In this document: in pieces, positions 33,653 to 45,886 of the stretch
How positions within the stretch are numbered: position 1 is the stretch's first letter
Layout: each line of letters opens with the position of its first letter
Assembly (NCBI GenBank): GCA_026023565.1
Contig: JAPETS010000042.1
Location: 62,001-126,000, forward strand
Length of the DNA: 64,000 bases
Source: Cirrosporium novae-zelandiae
Lineage: Eukaryota
Direction: 5' to 3'
Translations under genes and position numbers: made by a program
Notes under the pieces: generated by a model
The model's input: the letters and a program-made list of their open reading frames with translations, nothing else
Database searches by the model: none
Told to the model about the DNA's origin: nothing

Positions 33653-36600
33653 TTAAGTGTAGACGGCTTCGGTAAAGGGATTCAATCCCAATCCTTCCTT
33701 TGCGATATCCTCGTCATTCAAAAACATCAAGGGCATCTCTACCAATGTGCCTCGAACCTTACTCAGCACCTCTTTAACTTCCTTCACGCCATCTGGTCCT
33801 GAAGAAAACTCCTCTGCAACAACATGGCCCCACTTGTAGGTACTTGGCTTCTCATCCTTATCCTTTTTATCATCCTCGTCTTTTTCATCCTCGTCTTTTT
33901 CTTCATCGTCCTTTTCCTTGTCCTTGTCCTTTTTATCTTCCTTGAAAAACCGCTCGTAGTACTCATCATACTGCTTCCAGGTCCTGACGTCGTCACACGG
34001 AACCGGATGGAAGACGCGCGCAAAAGCTTCGGTGTTGGTCTTTGCACGGCCGTTCCAGAGCTCGAGGAATTCATCTGAAAGGGGATCTGCAACTGCTTGG
34101 TCTTCACGTGAGTCCCAATCATAGTGATTAGGGGTGCCAATGGGCTCGTAATTTTGATTGGGACTTTGGAAGTCCTGGGGTTTGAGAAGACCAAGATGTT
34201 TACGGAACAAGTGACGTCGAAGGCTTGCGGCGAATTTAGCGGCGCGCCAGGGTTCGCCATTCATCCTGGAGTCGATCATGTGCTGATCTTCGATGACCAT
34301 GGCGATTTCAGAGTCGTGGTCACCGCATTGAGAGCGGTCGTTGAGATTTGCTGAGCCGCAGATGACAACTCTGTCGTCTGCTATGAGAAGCTGTGAAGAT
34401 TTCATTAGCCTGGTTTGATGGGTAGAAGGAAAGTATTACCTTGGAGTGAATGTAGAGTTCTTCGCTCACGAATGCGTCGATTTCATCCATCTCACCACCT
34501 TCCCAGGGCACATTCCTGATATCTTCTCCTCCAAGCATATAACAACTCGCTACAGAGTCCCAACGTCCACTACCAAGACCTTGGTGGTCTCCAATTTTCT
34601 TAGCTCCGCGCTGGTACTGGTCGTATCGATCATTTTGGCCACGTTCTTCTCGCTGACCACGCTCTTGGCTACGCTCCTGTCTCCTGCCATACTCTTCTCT
34701 CCCGCCGTACTCTTCTCTCTCACCATACTCCTCTCTCCGACCGTGTCCCGGTCTCTCTTCGTGTCCTCGTCTCTCTCCATATTCCTCCTCACGTTCATAT
34801 CCTCCCCTCGGTCCGTGTCCTCTCTCTCCATATTCTGATCTCTCTTCGTGTCTTGGTCTTTCTCCAAATCCACGATCCTCGTCGTATCCTCCTCTCGGGC
34901 CATGCCCTTCTCGCTCCCCGTATCCTGGTCTCTCTCCGTATTCTGGCCTCTCTCTGTGTCCTGGTCTCTCACCATACTCTTCCTCGCGTTCGTATCCTCC
35001 CCTCGGCCCATGCCCTTCTCTCCCCTCGTGTCTTGGGCCGCGTCTATCGTCTCTATCAAAGCCTTCAGGTGGTGGTGGATTGTATGATCGAAGTCCGCCC
35101 TCCTCCTCATAAACACCACCGAACTTTTTATCATACTGTTCCTGGGCTTCTCCATATGAAACCCCACTTTTCTGTTCAGCATCACGCATGGCGCCACTAG
35201 CGTTTATTCGGTCATAATTCCTCAGGTTGTAGAAACGGAGGTATTCTGATGGATCAATGCCTTCTTCGGAAATGCGCTCCATGATGCTTTGGCCATGGCC
35301 ACGATTGATTGAATTGTATTGAAACTCCATGATAGCACGTGTGCTAAGGGCATCATCGCTCCTAAGATCACCAGCAAATGCAGGTACCGCCGGGATATTT
35401 ATAATCATCTTATACTTCTCGCCGTTCCTGGCAGCACGCACAATGCGTTCAACGATGGCAGCACCGATCATATTCTTGATTGGTTTCTTCATGTCATCTG
35501 AGGTGGCCGTTATGAAAAATTGGTTCTCAATGTAAACAAAGTGCTTGCTGTTCTTGATCACTTCAATATAGGCATTGGCAATGGAGTGCTGTGACAGTTA
35601 ACAATGTCCAACCGTGAACGCTCGTGAAGAGGACATACCTCAATTCCAATACCGTGACTCCACTTAGCACAGCTCCTAGTCAGTTGGCAGACAGCACCTC
35701 CTTGAGAAGACCCGCCGCGTTCCCGAGATTGACCCGAATTCCCTGTAACGGTCAGGTGCTGGTAATCACGATCGTTTTTGTGGTCGTATTTCTACTCTCG
35801 TTAGCTCACCTAGTTCCACAAAATTTTGGTGTAAGCAGTTATTACCTCATTGAATATGAAGTTCCATCTATCTACGAAATGCTTCTTCAGATCATTGACT
35901 ACGGGCCCACTGATGCAGATAGAGAGATCGGACCAGCCCATTCTCGAGTTCTTGGTTCGATCAAGTTTGTTGTTCTTCCAGTTAGCTACATCCTGGAAGT
36001 CCATTATCCTGGCATTGTTGAAATCTTGGCCAGGGAATACAATGTTGTCGAGATTGCCTGGATGTGCATCTGCAATTGAGTGTTGATGGGTATCCCAACG
36101 TCCATAACAGAGATCCAAACCTCCCATGAAGGCTGTATGGCCATCGACAAGGCAGAGCTTCTCGTGGTGAGCCCAATACAAGACGGTATCCTCGTGTACA
36201 CCGTAGAGAGCCTTCAATGTATCTCCAGGAAGCTTTGAGGCACTCGAAGCAGTGAGGCTCATATTCTGAAGAGAATCCATGATAGACGATTGTAGGACCT
36301 TAGCATCTGGTATATGATCTGGATGCCGGAACACCATTATATTTGGATGGAGGTCCTCTAACGCATGTTTTGTATGTGACGATGAAACTAGAAAATGATA
36401 CAGTCAGTCGAATGAATAATCTTCAGTTTTGAAACCAGACTTCGAATAGGATGTCGTTGCAGATGTGCCAACAAATATGAATCAATTTTACAAGCCGAGC
36501 CAAACCGGCTGCTACCCCTTTCTTGTATTGTCTTTAATCATGCCCTAACAATATATGTCTTGTCCATGATCCACAATTGTATAGTAATGTTAAAGATTTC

Positions 36601-37331
36601 GAAAAGTCTTTAACGTCATCCATTCAATTGGGCGTGGCTCGGCCGTGTGAGCAGGGTATAATGCAATCCATTAAACGAGAAAGGGACGTAGATAATTAAC
36701 GGTGAGCAAGGTACTTACGAGTGAGGGCTTGGGTTACCTAGAGATGGTGTCAGATATATAATATATTGATTAAGGGTGTATAAACTTACCTCCTTGTATA
36801 CAATGATGTTTACTTTGACACCTCGCTCGGCAGCAGCTTGAAGCATCCGGTCAATTCTATATTGCTCGTTCTTTGCTAGAGGTCTACGAAGGTATAGCTC
36901 GGGAGACAGCCACCCTATGGGAGTTTAGCTTATAGGTCAAGATTGTGAATTTTCTGATGGTGATGGCACATACAATCTAGAATCCAGACAGATTCTTTTG
37001 CTCTCTCAAGAGCCACCGAAACAGCCCACATATAGCAGCAACCGTCAATGTAGTATTTAACATCATTGTCATTTCGTCTCACTGCGAAGCTTTTGAAACG
37101 ATGGTTACTGTGGTCATCGCTGGGTTCACTCTGACCCTCTGCATGTTCTTGTGCGTATTTCTTTTTATCTCTCTCATGTTGCTCATCATCCCGCCTTTCT
37201 TCATGCCTGTCTTCATTCCTGCCTTCATGTCTGTCTTCATGTTTGTCTTCCTGCTCCTCTTCGTGCTTTCCAGTAAACTGTTCTTGAATGTCATCCACCG
37301 CCTCGTGCAACTTGTTAAGAAGAAAAGACAT
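33653..37331 (-). CDS. Phospholipase D (two HKD motifs, no PX/PH domains evident)
   Basis: Seven exons: 37331-36974, 36914-36790, 36737-36719, 36387-35846, 35791-35639, 35588-34440, 34390-33653. Motifs LDWWLSPELYL, HHEKLCLVD, GGLDLCYGRWD, YIENQFFI and YIHSKLLIADD...GSANLNDRS. Confidence 0.93.
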
Positions 37332-37937
37332 TCTGGATAATGATAGGGTATGAGGTTGTTAAGCTTAGGTGGGTAGACGGAGGTAGTGATCTTAGGCGTT
37401 GCTCGTTATGTTCGTCTCAATATCACTATTCCCCATATGTTAGACAATTGAATGAATAGTATCTATGTTCATATAAAAGAATGGATGTGAAGACTGAAAA
37501 GTGGCATGAACTCTATAATGGACAAGTCACTCTATGGGGATGTCACATCATACGTAACATTGTCTTACCTGTAAGAAGTGGCTCCCTTGGCATTAGCCTT
37601 CAATCAGGTTCTGTTTTGAATGTCAGGGACATCAAGAAGATTGGTGGACAATAACCCCTCACAGTCGAATCAAGTCTTTAGGCCCCTCAGCCTTTTGGCA
37701 AGGATTAGATATGTCGGTGTATCGGGGATGTGACGTTGATTGTTTCAGGCTTATCAACCTTAATAATTATTCTCCGCTAAGATAACCCAATCGTGCCAAT
37801 TATCCCCCACCATGCACAAATTGGTACAAAAGGAAAGTATTATTTGTTTACCCAACATTAAACTATCAATCATAAAGCATTTATCACAGCAACCTTGGTG
37901 CGCCCCGTTACTTTTCTATGCAGTTTCCCCCAAGCCT

Positions 37938-40900
37938 TCATTTTCCCAAAATCATTTCTTCTAATCTCTCCTTCTCCCCGCTTTGATTTACCATCCCCCA
38001 GAACTCCCCTTGCATCTCCATTAACTCCCGTGGTGTCCCATATTCCAAGACTTTTCCTTCTCCCATAACCAATATCTTATCAAAATCACAGATGGTGCTC
38101 AAACGATGTGCTATCACCATCAATGTACTATCTTTAAACTCCTCTCTAATGCTTCTTTGGATAAGGATGTCCTGCTCGAACGACACGGCCGACGTGGCTT
38201 CATCTAAAAACATAATTTTGGGACGGGCAACAATGGCACGAGCAAGGCATAGAAGTTGTCGCTGACCTTGCGAGAGGTTTTGTCCACCTTCGCTGATGGC
38301 AGATGTCAGGTCGGCAAAAATGTTGCTGTTGGAGGTCGAGGGAACAACGGTAGGTGTCGAGCTACCGCTTGGCCCCGCTATTTGCTCATCACGAGACGGA
38401 GCTTCGGATGACCGGATAAGATGAACACGCTCGAGGGCATCGCGTAGTTCAACATCGGAATATCTATCAAAGGGGTCGAGATTCGAACGTACGGTGCCAG
38501 AGAAGAGAACAGGGTCTTGTGGAATTATGGCAAGGCGACTTCGTAGGTCATGAAGTTTAATTTTCGATATATCGATACCATCGATCGTTACGGTTCCTTC
38601 ACGATAAGGTCCTAGGAAGCGGAAAAGCGCCAACGTTAGAGAAGATTTCCCAGCTCCGGTACGGCCCACAACCCCGATGCGTTGATTTGATTCAATGGCG
38701 AAAGTCAGGCCCTTCAAGACTGGTGGGAGGTCATCGGCGTAACCAACTACAAGGTTTTCGACCTCGACATTTCCAGACGATGGCCAAGCTGCAGGTACAT
38801 TTTGGCCAGAATGGTCTTCGATGGGGAGATTTGGAGTCGAATAATCAACCACCCTCTCACAGCTGTTCATGTCGAGTTCCAGGTTTGCGTACATGCGCAA
38901 CGTGAAGACAATAGCTGATGTGAATTGAAGGGCAAAACTGAGAGCGAACCCGCTTAGTGAGGCAGAAAGGTTTAACCAAACAACAGATGCTGCCACAAAC
39001 ATTGCAAACGTGATCCCGACCATTTGTAACCGCCATTGTAGCCATCTGTTAAAGAGCCACAGGTGCCAGAATGCCCTTGAATGGTCATCGATTCGAGTAA
39101 ACATGCGCTCGATGTATCTTTCGGCCTTGCCGAACGCACGGATTGTCGTTAACCCAGTAAGTGCTGCATTGAATTGTTCAAATATGGGGCTTTTTGCATT
39201 TGACTCCAACCTTTTAATTTCCCTTGCACCTGCTAGATAGTAGGTAGCCACGTAGCCACAAATAGCTACCAAGGCCAACGCCATCAACACTACGAATGGT
39301 GACACAAAGCTGCTGGTGATAATAACCAGCAGCAGGTTTAGGGTGAAGTAGAGCATATAGCCCAGATCGTTAGGCAACCTCGAGTCCACAACATTGAAAT
39401 CCGTCGTGAACCTATTCAAGATTCGACCAACAGGGACGGTGTCAAGCCATCGAAGAGGTGCTCGAAGAACAGTATAGGTCAACTGCTCGAATAGAATTCG
39501 GGCAGCCTTGATTCCACCCCAATAGATAATAAAATATTTCAAGGTCCCGATGACTGTCATGAGGATGCTTAGAAGAACATAAATGGAAAGATAGTAACCC
39601 AGGTCCGAATTGGATACGGTTGTCAGAGTAAGATTGGCATATTCTTGCAAGCGGTGGTAATGATGCGGGATGCTTTGAAGTAACACGGATGCGGATTCGG
39701 TTTGGTATGATTTAGTCCATACTGCAATCCACCAAGACCTTCCACCAGACAACGCTGCATTGGTAACGAAAAAAAGGCAGGCCAGGAGCCAGAATGGAAT
39801 GCCTCCGGTGGCCCTGATATATACCTTGTAAATGTGAAGCTTGATCGATCCAGTTTCTCGGGCTTCATCCTCAACGAACTTTTTAGGTGGTTGCTGTGGT
39901 TTTAATAGGTTGTCCGTATTATTTTCTCGGTGGGAGCGGGCCGATCTAGTTGATATAACTTTCTGAAGAACAAGTCCCTCCTCGGCAGTATCAGAATCGG
40001 TATTGCTAATCTCTTCTTCGATATTAGAAACGCCTTCCCTTTCCGCTTCTAATATATGACCCAAAAGACCTGTCTTTCCAAGCTCGTTCACAGATCCAGC
40101 GGACTCTATAGTGCCTTCACCAAGCAGTACGCTATAGTCTGTTCGTGGAAGACATAGGTGAACATGGTGAGTTACGATGATTCGCGTGCGGCCTAAAGCA
40201 AGCTCACCCGTGAGAGCTTGCTCGAAGAGATGCCTACCAACATGAGCGTCAACAGCACTAAAGATATCATCTAATACAAGAATCCCTGCTCTAGAGTACA
40301 ACGCTCTTGCTAGAGACACGCGCCACTTCTGGCCTCCACTCAGGTTCACGCCATTAGCACCGATATCAGTAACATCTCCATCTGGGAGTATTTGCAGGTC
40401 TTTGGCGAGAGCACATGCGGAAAGAACCTTTGAATATCTCTGCTCGTCGAATGGGAGGGCGAAGAGTATATTATCTCTGATTGTGGCATTCTCTATCCAA
40501 GGTTGTTGCGAAACAAAAGCAATCGCAGATGGAATGATCCAATTCGCTTTCGTTGCCTTGGAGTCGTCATATGCTTGAGAAATCTTTGGAACTTTAACAG
40601 TCCCCGTTAAGATGTCACACTCCCCCAGGATCGAAGCAATGAGAAGACTTTTTCCGGTTCCAGTTTTGCCAGAGATAACAGATAGCTTTTCGCTGGGAAA
40701 CTTGAGGTTGACATCTCGAAGGACAAACCTTGTTTCCTCATCTGGATTGTCTGCTGGCCATGCTATGGAGGCGTTGTTAAATTCTACTTCCGGTCCATCG
40801 ATGGTGTTCTCGGTTTTCTCAGGAGAATTAAGATATTTTTCGATACGTTCACTGCTGATGCGGGCATCTAGCATATCCGTAATAAACTCCGGTATAATTG

Positions 40901-42620
40901 CAAGACTTGTTTCAATTGTCGCAAACACTCCTATTGTTGTAAAAGCCACTGAAGCAGAGAGGCTGCCATGCATCAACGAGTATACTGAAAGGGAGACGGC
41001 AGACAGCATGATTGGTCCAAGAATCCAAATGGCATCTAAGCAAGTCTGCATTTTATATACTTTCCACTGCGTTTTCAACTCCTGTTGACGACGTTCGCTA
41101 ATTTTTTCTTGCCATTGTTGCTCTAATGCTGAAAATTTGATCTGTCGTATTCCCTGAAGAGCCTCGTTGACCACGGCTAGCTTGGAATCTCTGATTTTCA
41201 TTAACGATCCTTGGGCAGCTGCATACCTTGAAGCGCAAAGCCAGTTGATCGGGGTGACAAGAACAGACACAGACAGTCCAGCCAGTAGTGGGATTAGGCC
41301 AATAATGCTGCAGAGAAACGTAAACGATACGACAAGTTTGGCAGCTGTAAGAGGCAGCAAATAGTAGTAGGCGCAGAATTCGCACACACGTTTGGCGTCG
41401 ATACCTATCAAGTTCACAGTACCCTGTCTCGTTTTTTGTGTACCTTGGTCTTCATCATCCTCCTCCTCGCCTGACAGCAAATCTGTTTTCGAGCCAGTCA
41501 CCTGTCGAGTTTCTGTCTTTTTAGCACCCTTGACATCTTTTCTACGCATGGCCTTCATAGAAACTAGTGCGGACAACTGCTGCCGAACAGGGATGCCAAT
41601 CGACTCCCAGACAAGCCAAAAGAGCCATGCTTCAAAGAAGGAGTGGATGAGCATACAAATACCCAGGCCAACAACCCAAATCCAAGCGGAAGCTCGAGTC
41701 TGGTTAATTTCCAAGCATTTCAGAATGTTGAAAATCATGAGTTGTGGGCCAAATTGAACGATTGAGATGGCCATACTGACGAGCAAAGACGAAACAAGAG
41801 GACCAGCGAAACAGAAGACTATTGATTTCCACAGTTTTCCTTTCTTATGAAAAGATCGTTGAAGAAAATCCGACCTCCGCCAATGATCCAAGGTAGGCAG
41901 GTCGTCGATGGTCAATCGTTTGTGTTCCTTTGCGAACTTTAATATTGGGAATGCCCAGTTGAATGTTAACTTAGAAGCAGCGGATACAGTGAATTGCTGA
42001 TCAACAGGGATCCCATTCCAAAAGATATTTGGGCGGCGAGGGATTAGGACACCGATTAGACCGAAAAGGACGGCTGAACCGAATTGCAATGCGAACAACC
42101 CAGTTTGTATCCCCATATGCGTGCTGCTTGGACTGACTGACCACGTGTAGGCGTTCTGAACGCATAGAGCAATCGCGAGAACAAGAGCTGTCAAAGAGCC
42201 GTAAACACCCCAGGTGAAAGTTTGTGTTGGTTGACGTTCTCTCCATAAATTGCATGTCTGCACCGAGAGACATATCCAAGTCGCAAAATTGAGAAAGTGT
42301 CCGATAGATAGTTCAAGGATTGCGGTATGTTTCCTCACTCCTAGGGTCCATAATATGGCTGTTGCAAGAGAGCAGAGAGACCCCGAGGCGCATGTGATAG
42401 TTAGGCCAGCCTTCTGCCATTTCTGAGAAAACCGATGTTGGCTCTCCTCCGTTGCGATTCCATCCTCATCTTCATATAATTCATCATGTTCATTAAATCG
42501 TGTACAAGGTGTGGTGTTTTTTCGAAGGACACTGTATATAACAGCAGTAGTAATAGAGGTCGCAACAAAAAGAGCAAGGGCTCCAGCGAGGAGGATTGAA
42601 ATGTGGAAATCCAGCATCAT
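37938..42620 (-). CDS. ABC transporter, ABCC/MRP family (Ybt1/bile-acid-transporter-like)
   Basis: Intronless. Two TMD+NBD halves with Walker A GKTGTGKS and GRTGAGKS, signatures LSGGQ and LSQGQ, Walker B LVLDD and FLDEATS. Start placed at the ATG of MMLDF (the start is uncertain). Confidence 0.93.
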   Translation of the reverse strand: MMLDFHISILLAGALALFVATSITTAVIYSVLRKNTTPCTRFNEHDELYEDEDGIATEESQHRFSQKWQKAGLTITCASGSLCSLATAILWTLGVRKHTAILELSIGHFLNFATWICLSVQTCNLWRERQPTQTFTWGVYGSLTALVLAIALCVQNAYTWSVSPSSTHMGIQTGLFALQFGSAVLFGLIGVLIPRRPNIFWNGIPVDQQFTVSAASKLTFNWAFPILKFAKEHKRLTIDDLPTLDHWRRSDFLQRSFHKKGKLWKSIVFCFAGPLVSSLLVSMAISIVQFGPQLMIFNILKCLEINQTRASAWIWVVGLGICMLIHSFFEAWLFWLVWESIGIPVRQQLSALVSMKAMRRKDVKGAKKTETRQVTGSKTDLLSGEEEDDEDQGTQKTRQGTVNLIGIDAKRVCEFCAYYYLLPLTAAKLVVSFTFLCSIIGLIPLLAGLSVSVLVTPINWLCASRYAAAQGSLMKIRDSKLAVVNEALQGIRQIKFSALEQQWQEKISERRQQELKTQWKVYKMQTCLDAIWILGPIMLSAVSLSVYSLMHGSLSASVAFTTIGVFATIETSLAIIPEFITDMLDARISSERIEKYLNSPEKTENTIDGPEVEFNNASIAWPADNPDEETRFVLRDVNLKFPSEKLSVISGKTGTGKSLLIASILGECDILTGTVKVPKISQAYDDSKATKANWIIPSAIAFVSQQPWIENATIRDNILFALPFDEQRYSKVLSACALAKDLQILPDGDVTDIGANGVNLSGGQKWRVSLARALYSRAGILVLDDIFSAVDAHVGRHLFEQALTGELALGRTRIIVTHHVHLCLPRTDYSVLLGEGTIESAGSVNELGKTGLLGHILEAEREGVSNIEEEISNTDSDTAEEGLVLQKVISTRSARSHRENNTDNLLKPQQPPKKFVEDEARETGSIKLHIYKVYIRATGGIPFWLLACLFFVTNAALSGGRSWWIAVWTKSYQTESASVLLQSIPHHYHRLQEYANLTLTTVSNSDLGYYLSIYVLLSILMTVIGTLKYFIIYWGGIKAARILFEQLTYTVLRAPLRWLDTVPVGRILNRFTTDFNVVDSRLPNDLGYMLYFTLNLLLVIITSSFVSPFVVLMALALVAICGYVATYYLAGAREIKRLESNAKSPIFEQFNAALTGLTTIRAFGKAERYIERMFTRIDDHSRAFWHLWLFNRWLQWRLQMVGITFAMFVAASVVWLNLSASLSGFALSFALQFTSAIVFTLRMYANLELDMNSCERVVDYSTPNLPIEDHSGQNVPAAWPSSGNVEVENLVVGYADDLPPVLKGLTFAIESNQRIGVVGRTGAGKSSLTLALFRFLGPYREGTVTIDGIDISKIKLHDLRSRLAIIPQDPVLFSGTVRSNLDPFDRYSDVELRDALERVHLIRSSEAPSRDEQIAGPSGSSTPTVVPSTSNSNIFADLTSAISEGGQNLSQGQRQLLCLARAIVARPKIMFLDEATSAVSFEQDILIQRSIREEFKDSTLMVIAHRLSTICDFDKILVMGEGKVLEYGTPRELMEMQGEFWGMVNQSGEKERLEEMILGK

Positions 42621-44339
42621 GGGTAACGAAGGACTCTTTCTATCGAATAAAATTAGAAGGCTCCCACTCATTAACATGGAGGAGGTAGGCAAAGAGAAGA
42701 AATATAAAGATATATAAAGAATTGCTCTGAGAAACAAGTTACAAACGGCGAAAAAGGCGATTGGGAGAAAAAATAAAATTCTCAAAAGTTTTTCAATGAC
42801 GGTGTTGCCTCAGGTTCAAGAATGAAATTGGGCTTTTCACTCCCAGGCAAAATGTGTTTATGTGCGAAAGATCAATTGAAGAGCCAGGCGGAGGAAAAGA
42901 GAGCTAAAGTGGTAGGCAGAGGCAGTAGTCGCGGTGAATCGTACTTACTGCTACTGCATCCACTAAACTAGATGCAAGGTACCCCTACCGCATATCACCG
43001 CTTTTCGCGACAATGCAACTGAAGTATTTTTTCGCCTCAGCTTTCAGTCGGTATTGAGGGTGAGGCGGAATGGAAATGGTTGTGGATAAGAGTGGAGGTG
43101 ACGGCTAGAAACATCTTCTCCGCTAACTACCATTGTCCGCAATACAGGCATGGAGATGATTTATATGGAACAGAGGATGGCTCATTTCAGGCACTCAGGC
43201 ATCAAGGCAACGAGGCAATGAGCAAAATGTTGCAGTCACAATCATGTGGATTACGACACTTACTATAAACATTGCTCTATTCTTTCGACTTATCGAAGGA
43301 GAAGAGATAAAGAACATGCATTTTGGCCAATTGCATCTTGCACCAACTAAATCAACTAAACCCGACCCTTGCGAACATCCCGAAATGCATGTAAAGTCCT
43401 GTCTTGGTCATGACCATCGGACGAATCCTACCCGGTTCCATGCTTGATGGATTATAGATGGTAGCTACGAAATATCTTCTAGCTTCAGCAAACCCCGCTT
43501 CTGAGGTCGAGAAAGATCCAAGTATGACTCAATTTGATGATGTTGTGTGACTTGCAAACCATTACCATCTGCAGTTTGGGGTTTTCTAGCCTCACAAGTC
43601 ACGACAAGAGCCACAGTGCCTATGGGGGCCCTACCGCTTACTTTGGAGGGCGGAAGCGGCACCTTTGAAGTCTACCGGGAGGTATCCAACACATTTGGCT
43701 TAGCGACATGCATTTGCGTTCCGTCAAAAGGCTTATCTGAGTTTACTATCTAACGTACAGTAATATCCTGATCCTGCATGCAACAGCATAGCGTCGTCTT
43801 TAATTCATTATTGAACCACCCATTTTCATCTCTTTCCAGTTCTCCAATCCAGCCCTAGCCATCGAGACAATCTTCTAGTCGGAGAAAATTGTTATTTCAA
43901 ATTAATAAGTCAACTGACAAATCCTCAGTCCCGATTCTTCAGCCACAATCTCGAATAGACTTGTACATACCTGCCAATTGAGTGAATAATTTCTATCTCG
44001 TTTCGTCGTTTGCGTACACCATAATGACATAATACAGCATCTTGTCTTGGAGTGTAAATTGTCTCAAGTAATTAAATACCTAGACCAAAACAAAATAAAA
44101 GACAGCAAGGGCCCTTTCCAGAAATACTTGGGTAAGGATTAACATTTCCCGGGAGAGCATCTTGGGTTGTCATGCGGTAGGATATTGATAACAAGGTTCA
44201 GGGGACATATAGGATCCTTCTTGCCTTCACTAACAAACGGGAACATGGATTATAGTTATTTGGTTCTGATATTTCACACGTCGTCCAATCTATTCAATTG
44301 GATTAGTGGCTAAACATATATAGATGATGAAAATATTTC

Positions 44340-45533
44340 TCACAGTTCGTCGGTACTCCTTGCCCACAGGCTGTGGTTGGGATTATCGACATCAATCGGT
44401 TTAGTACCGAGATAACCTTCTAGATTCATCCATTCTCCGATAAAGGCTGTTGTTAAAAGTGCCCAGTCCTCGACGGTATCCAGGTCTAAATGTGCTCCAT
44501 CATCTTTGACTTTGTGCCATACGGGTGGGAACCGACTGGGAATTATGTGCAGAATCTCCACACCACGCCTCAGGAATGGAATGTGGTCATCTTGAATCAT
44601 ACCGCCGAGCCATTGTTCATCTACCTTGTCAGCTTCTGTTAAGAAATAGGGCTCTCGTTGACTTTTTCTTGGGGCAGCTTCATTTTCAACGTCCCGCTGT
44701 TTCAAGGGATAATTCGGAGAGGACTTGAACAATCCAAGCTCGCGCAGACGATATTCAATGTTTGCCATTTTCTGATATGCCCAGTGCGTCATCTTGTAAT
44801 ACGACGGAACAACCGGGTCTTTTGATCCAAGTAGGTCGAGAAGTACAAAGAGAGATATCGAGGAAAGCTCCGTCTTGTATGTAGACATTGCTGGATGAAA
44901 TTCTTGATCCCACTCCTCTGCCAGCGACCGAGCCCCATATAGTGAATCATCGGCTGTCCATTTTAAAAAAGCCTCCTCCCCATCCAGCAGTATTATCTGA
45001 ATTCCCTTTGCATCATCTAGGTCCAAGAACCCTTCATCTTCTGCGCCCATTGCTGACCATTTCTCGGTGAGAGCGGCATCCACACTCCGGGCAGCATGCA
45101 TTAACATGGCACAAGGTGCAGCACTGTCTGTAGCCCCTACAAAATCCTTGAGATTCAAGCTGTCATAATGCGCAACCATTGTCAATCGGCCAACGTCACC
45201 CGGCTGCGTCCATGGTGGATCTCGAGAAGCAATTATGTTGACGAAAGGAATGTCACTATTTCCGGTTGCTGGAGTTTTGGACGTAGAATTCTGAAACGTG
45301 ATAGTCCATGAAGGTAGATGAGTGCGAAAGAAGTCGACAAGGTGATTTCGAACCACTTCAGCTCCTGGGGTACCTGGTACACGTGGTTGGAGGATAGGAG
45401 CTAGAATAGCACCATTATGGATATCAAAATCTGATCCAGAGCCAGGAAGTGAAGCTAAGGTCTTGTTCGAAAGAAGTGTATAAGCGGTGGTGCCCAAAAC
45501 GAGAGAGAGAACTTGAAGGAAAATACACTTCAT
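44340..45533 (-). CDS. Glutaminyl-peptide cyclotransferase (peptidase M28 family)
   Basis: Signal peptide MKCIFLQVLSLVLG, PRVPGT, AHYDS, GATDSAAPC, DGEEAF, DSLYGAR, LLDLLG, DDHIPF and FPPVWH. Ends in TDEL, resembling an ER-retention signal. Confidence 0.9.
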   Translation of the reverse strand: MKCIFLQVLSLVLGTTAYTLLSNKTLASLPGSGSDFDIHNGAILAPILQPRVPGTPGAEVVRNHLVDFFRTHLPSWTITFQNSTSKTPATGNSDIPFVNIIASRDPPWTQPGDVGRLTMVAHYDSLNLKDFVGATDSAAPCAMLMHAARSVDAALTEKWSAMGAEDEGFLDLDDAKGIQIILLDGEEAFLKWTADDSLYGARSLAEEWDQEFHPAMSTYKTELSSISLFVLLDLLGSKDPVVPSYYKMTHWAYQKMANIEYRLRELGLFKSSPNYPLKQRDVENEAAPRKSQREPYFLTEADKVDEQWLGGMIQDDHIPFLRRGVEILHIIPSRFPPVWHKVKDDGAHLDLDTVEDWALLTTAFIGEWMNLEGYLGTKPIDVDNPNHSLWARSTDEL

Positions 45534-45886
45534 TGTGGAGGTGAATGATTTCCAAGGCAATAAACAAACACGTTGTCAAATGAGGATGCTCGTAGTGAAG
45601 CCCAGCACAATCAACCCGATATTATTTTCCCAGCTCCATGCCTGTCGAGAGGTCATATTTCTTAGGGCGCGTTCGATCTGGTCTCAAAGGGTATGGGCCA
45701 TGGGGTTGAAGCTTCACGGAAAGCGTCTAAGCGCTAAACTTAGTTTATTCAAGCTCATGGGGTCACTAATCCCTTTTTGGAAAATGCCGTCTAAAAATGT
45801 TCTATCGAATTATTTATTTGTGTTTCAATTGATTCCAAAGCCACACCGCTCTAGAGAGTGCATGAGATGAAGCAGTGATACAAGAA

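Noticed and set aside
34446..35200. Several overlapping ORFs over the PLD repeat
   Set aside because: By-products of a stop-poor, purine-rich coding repeat.
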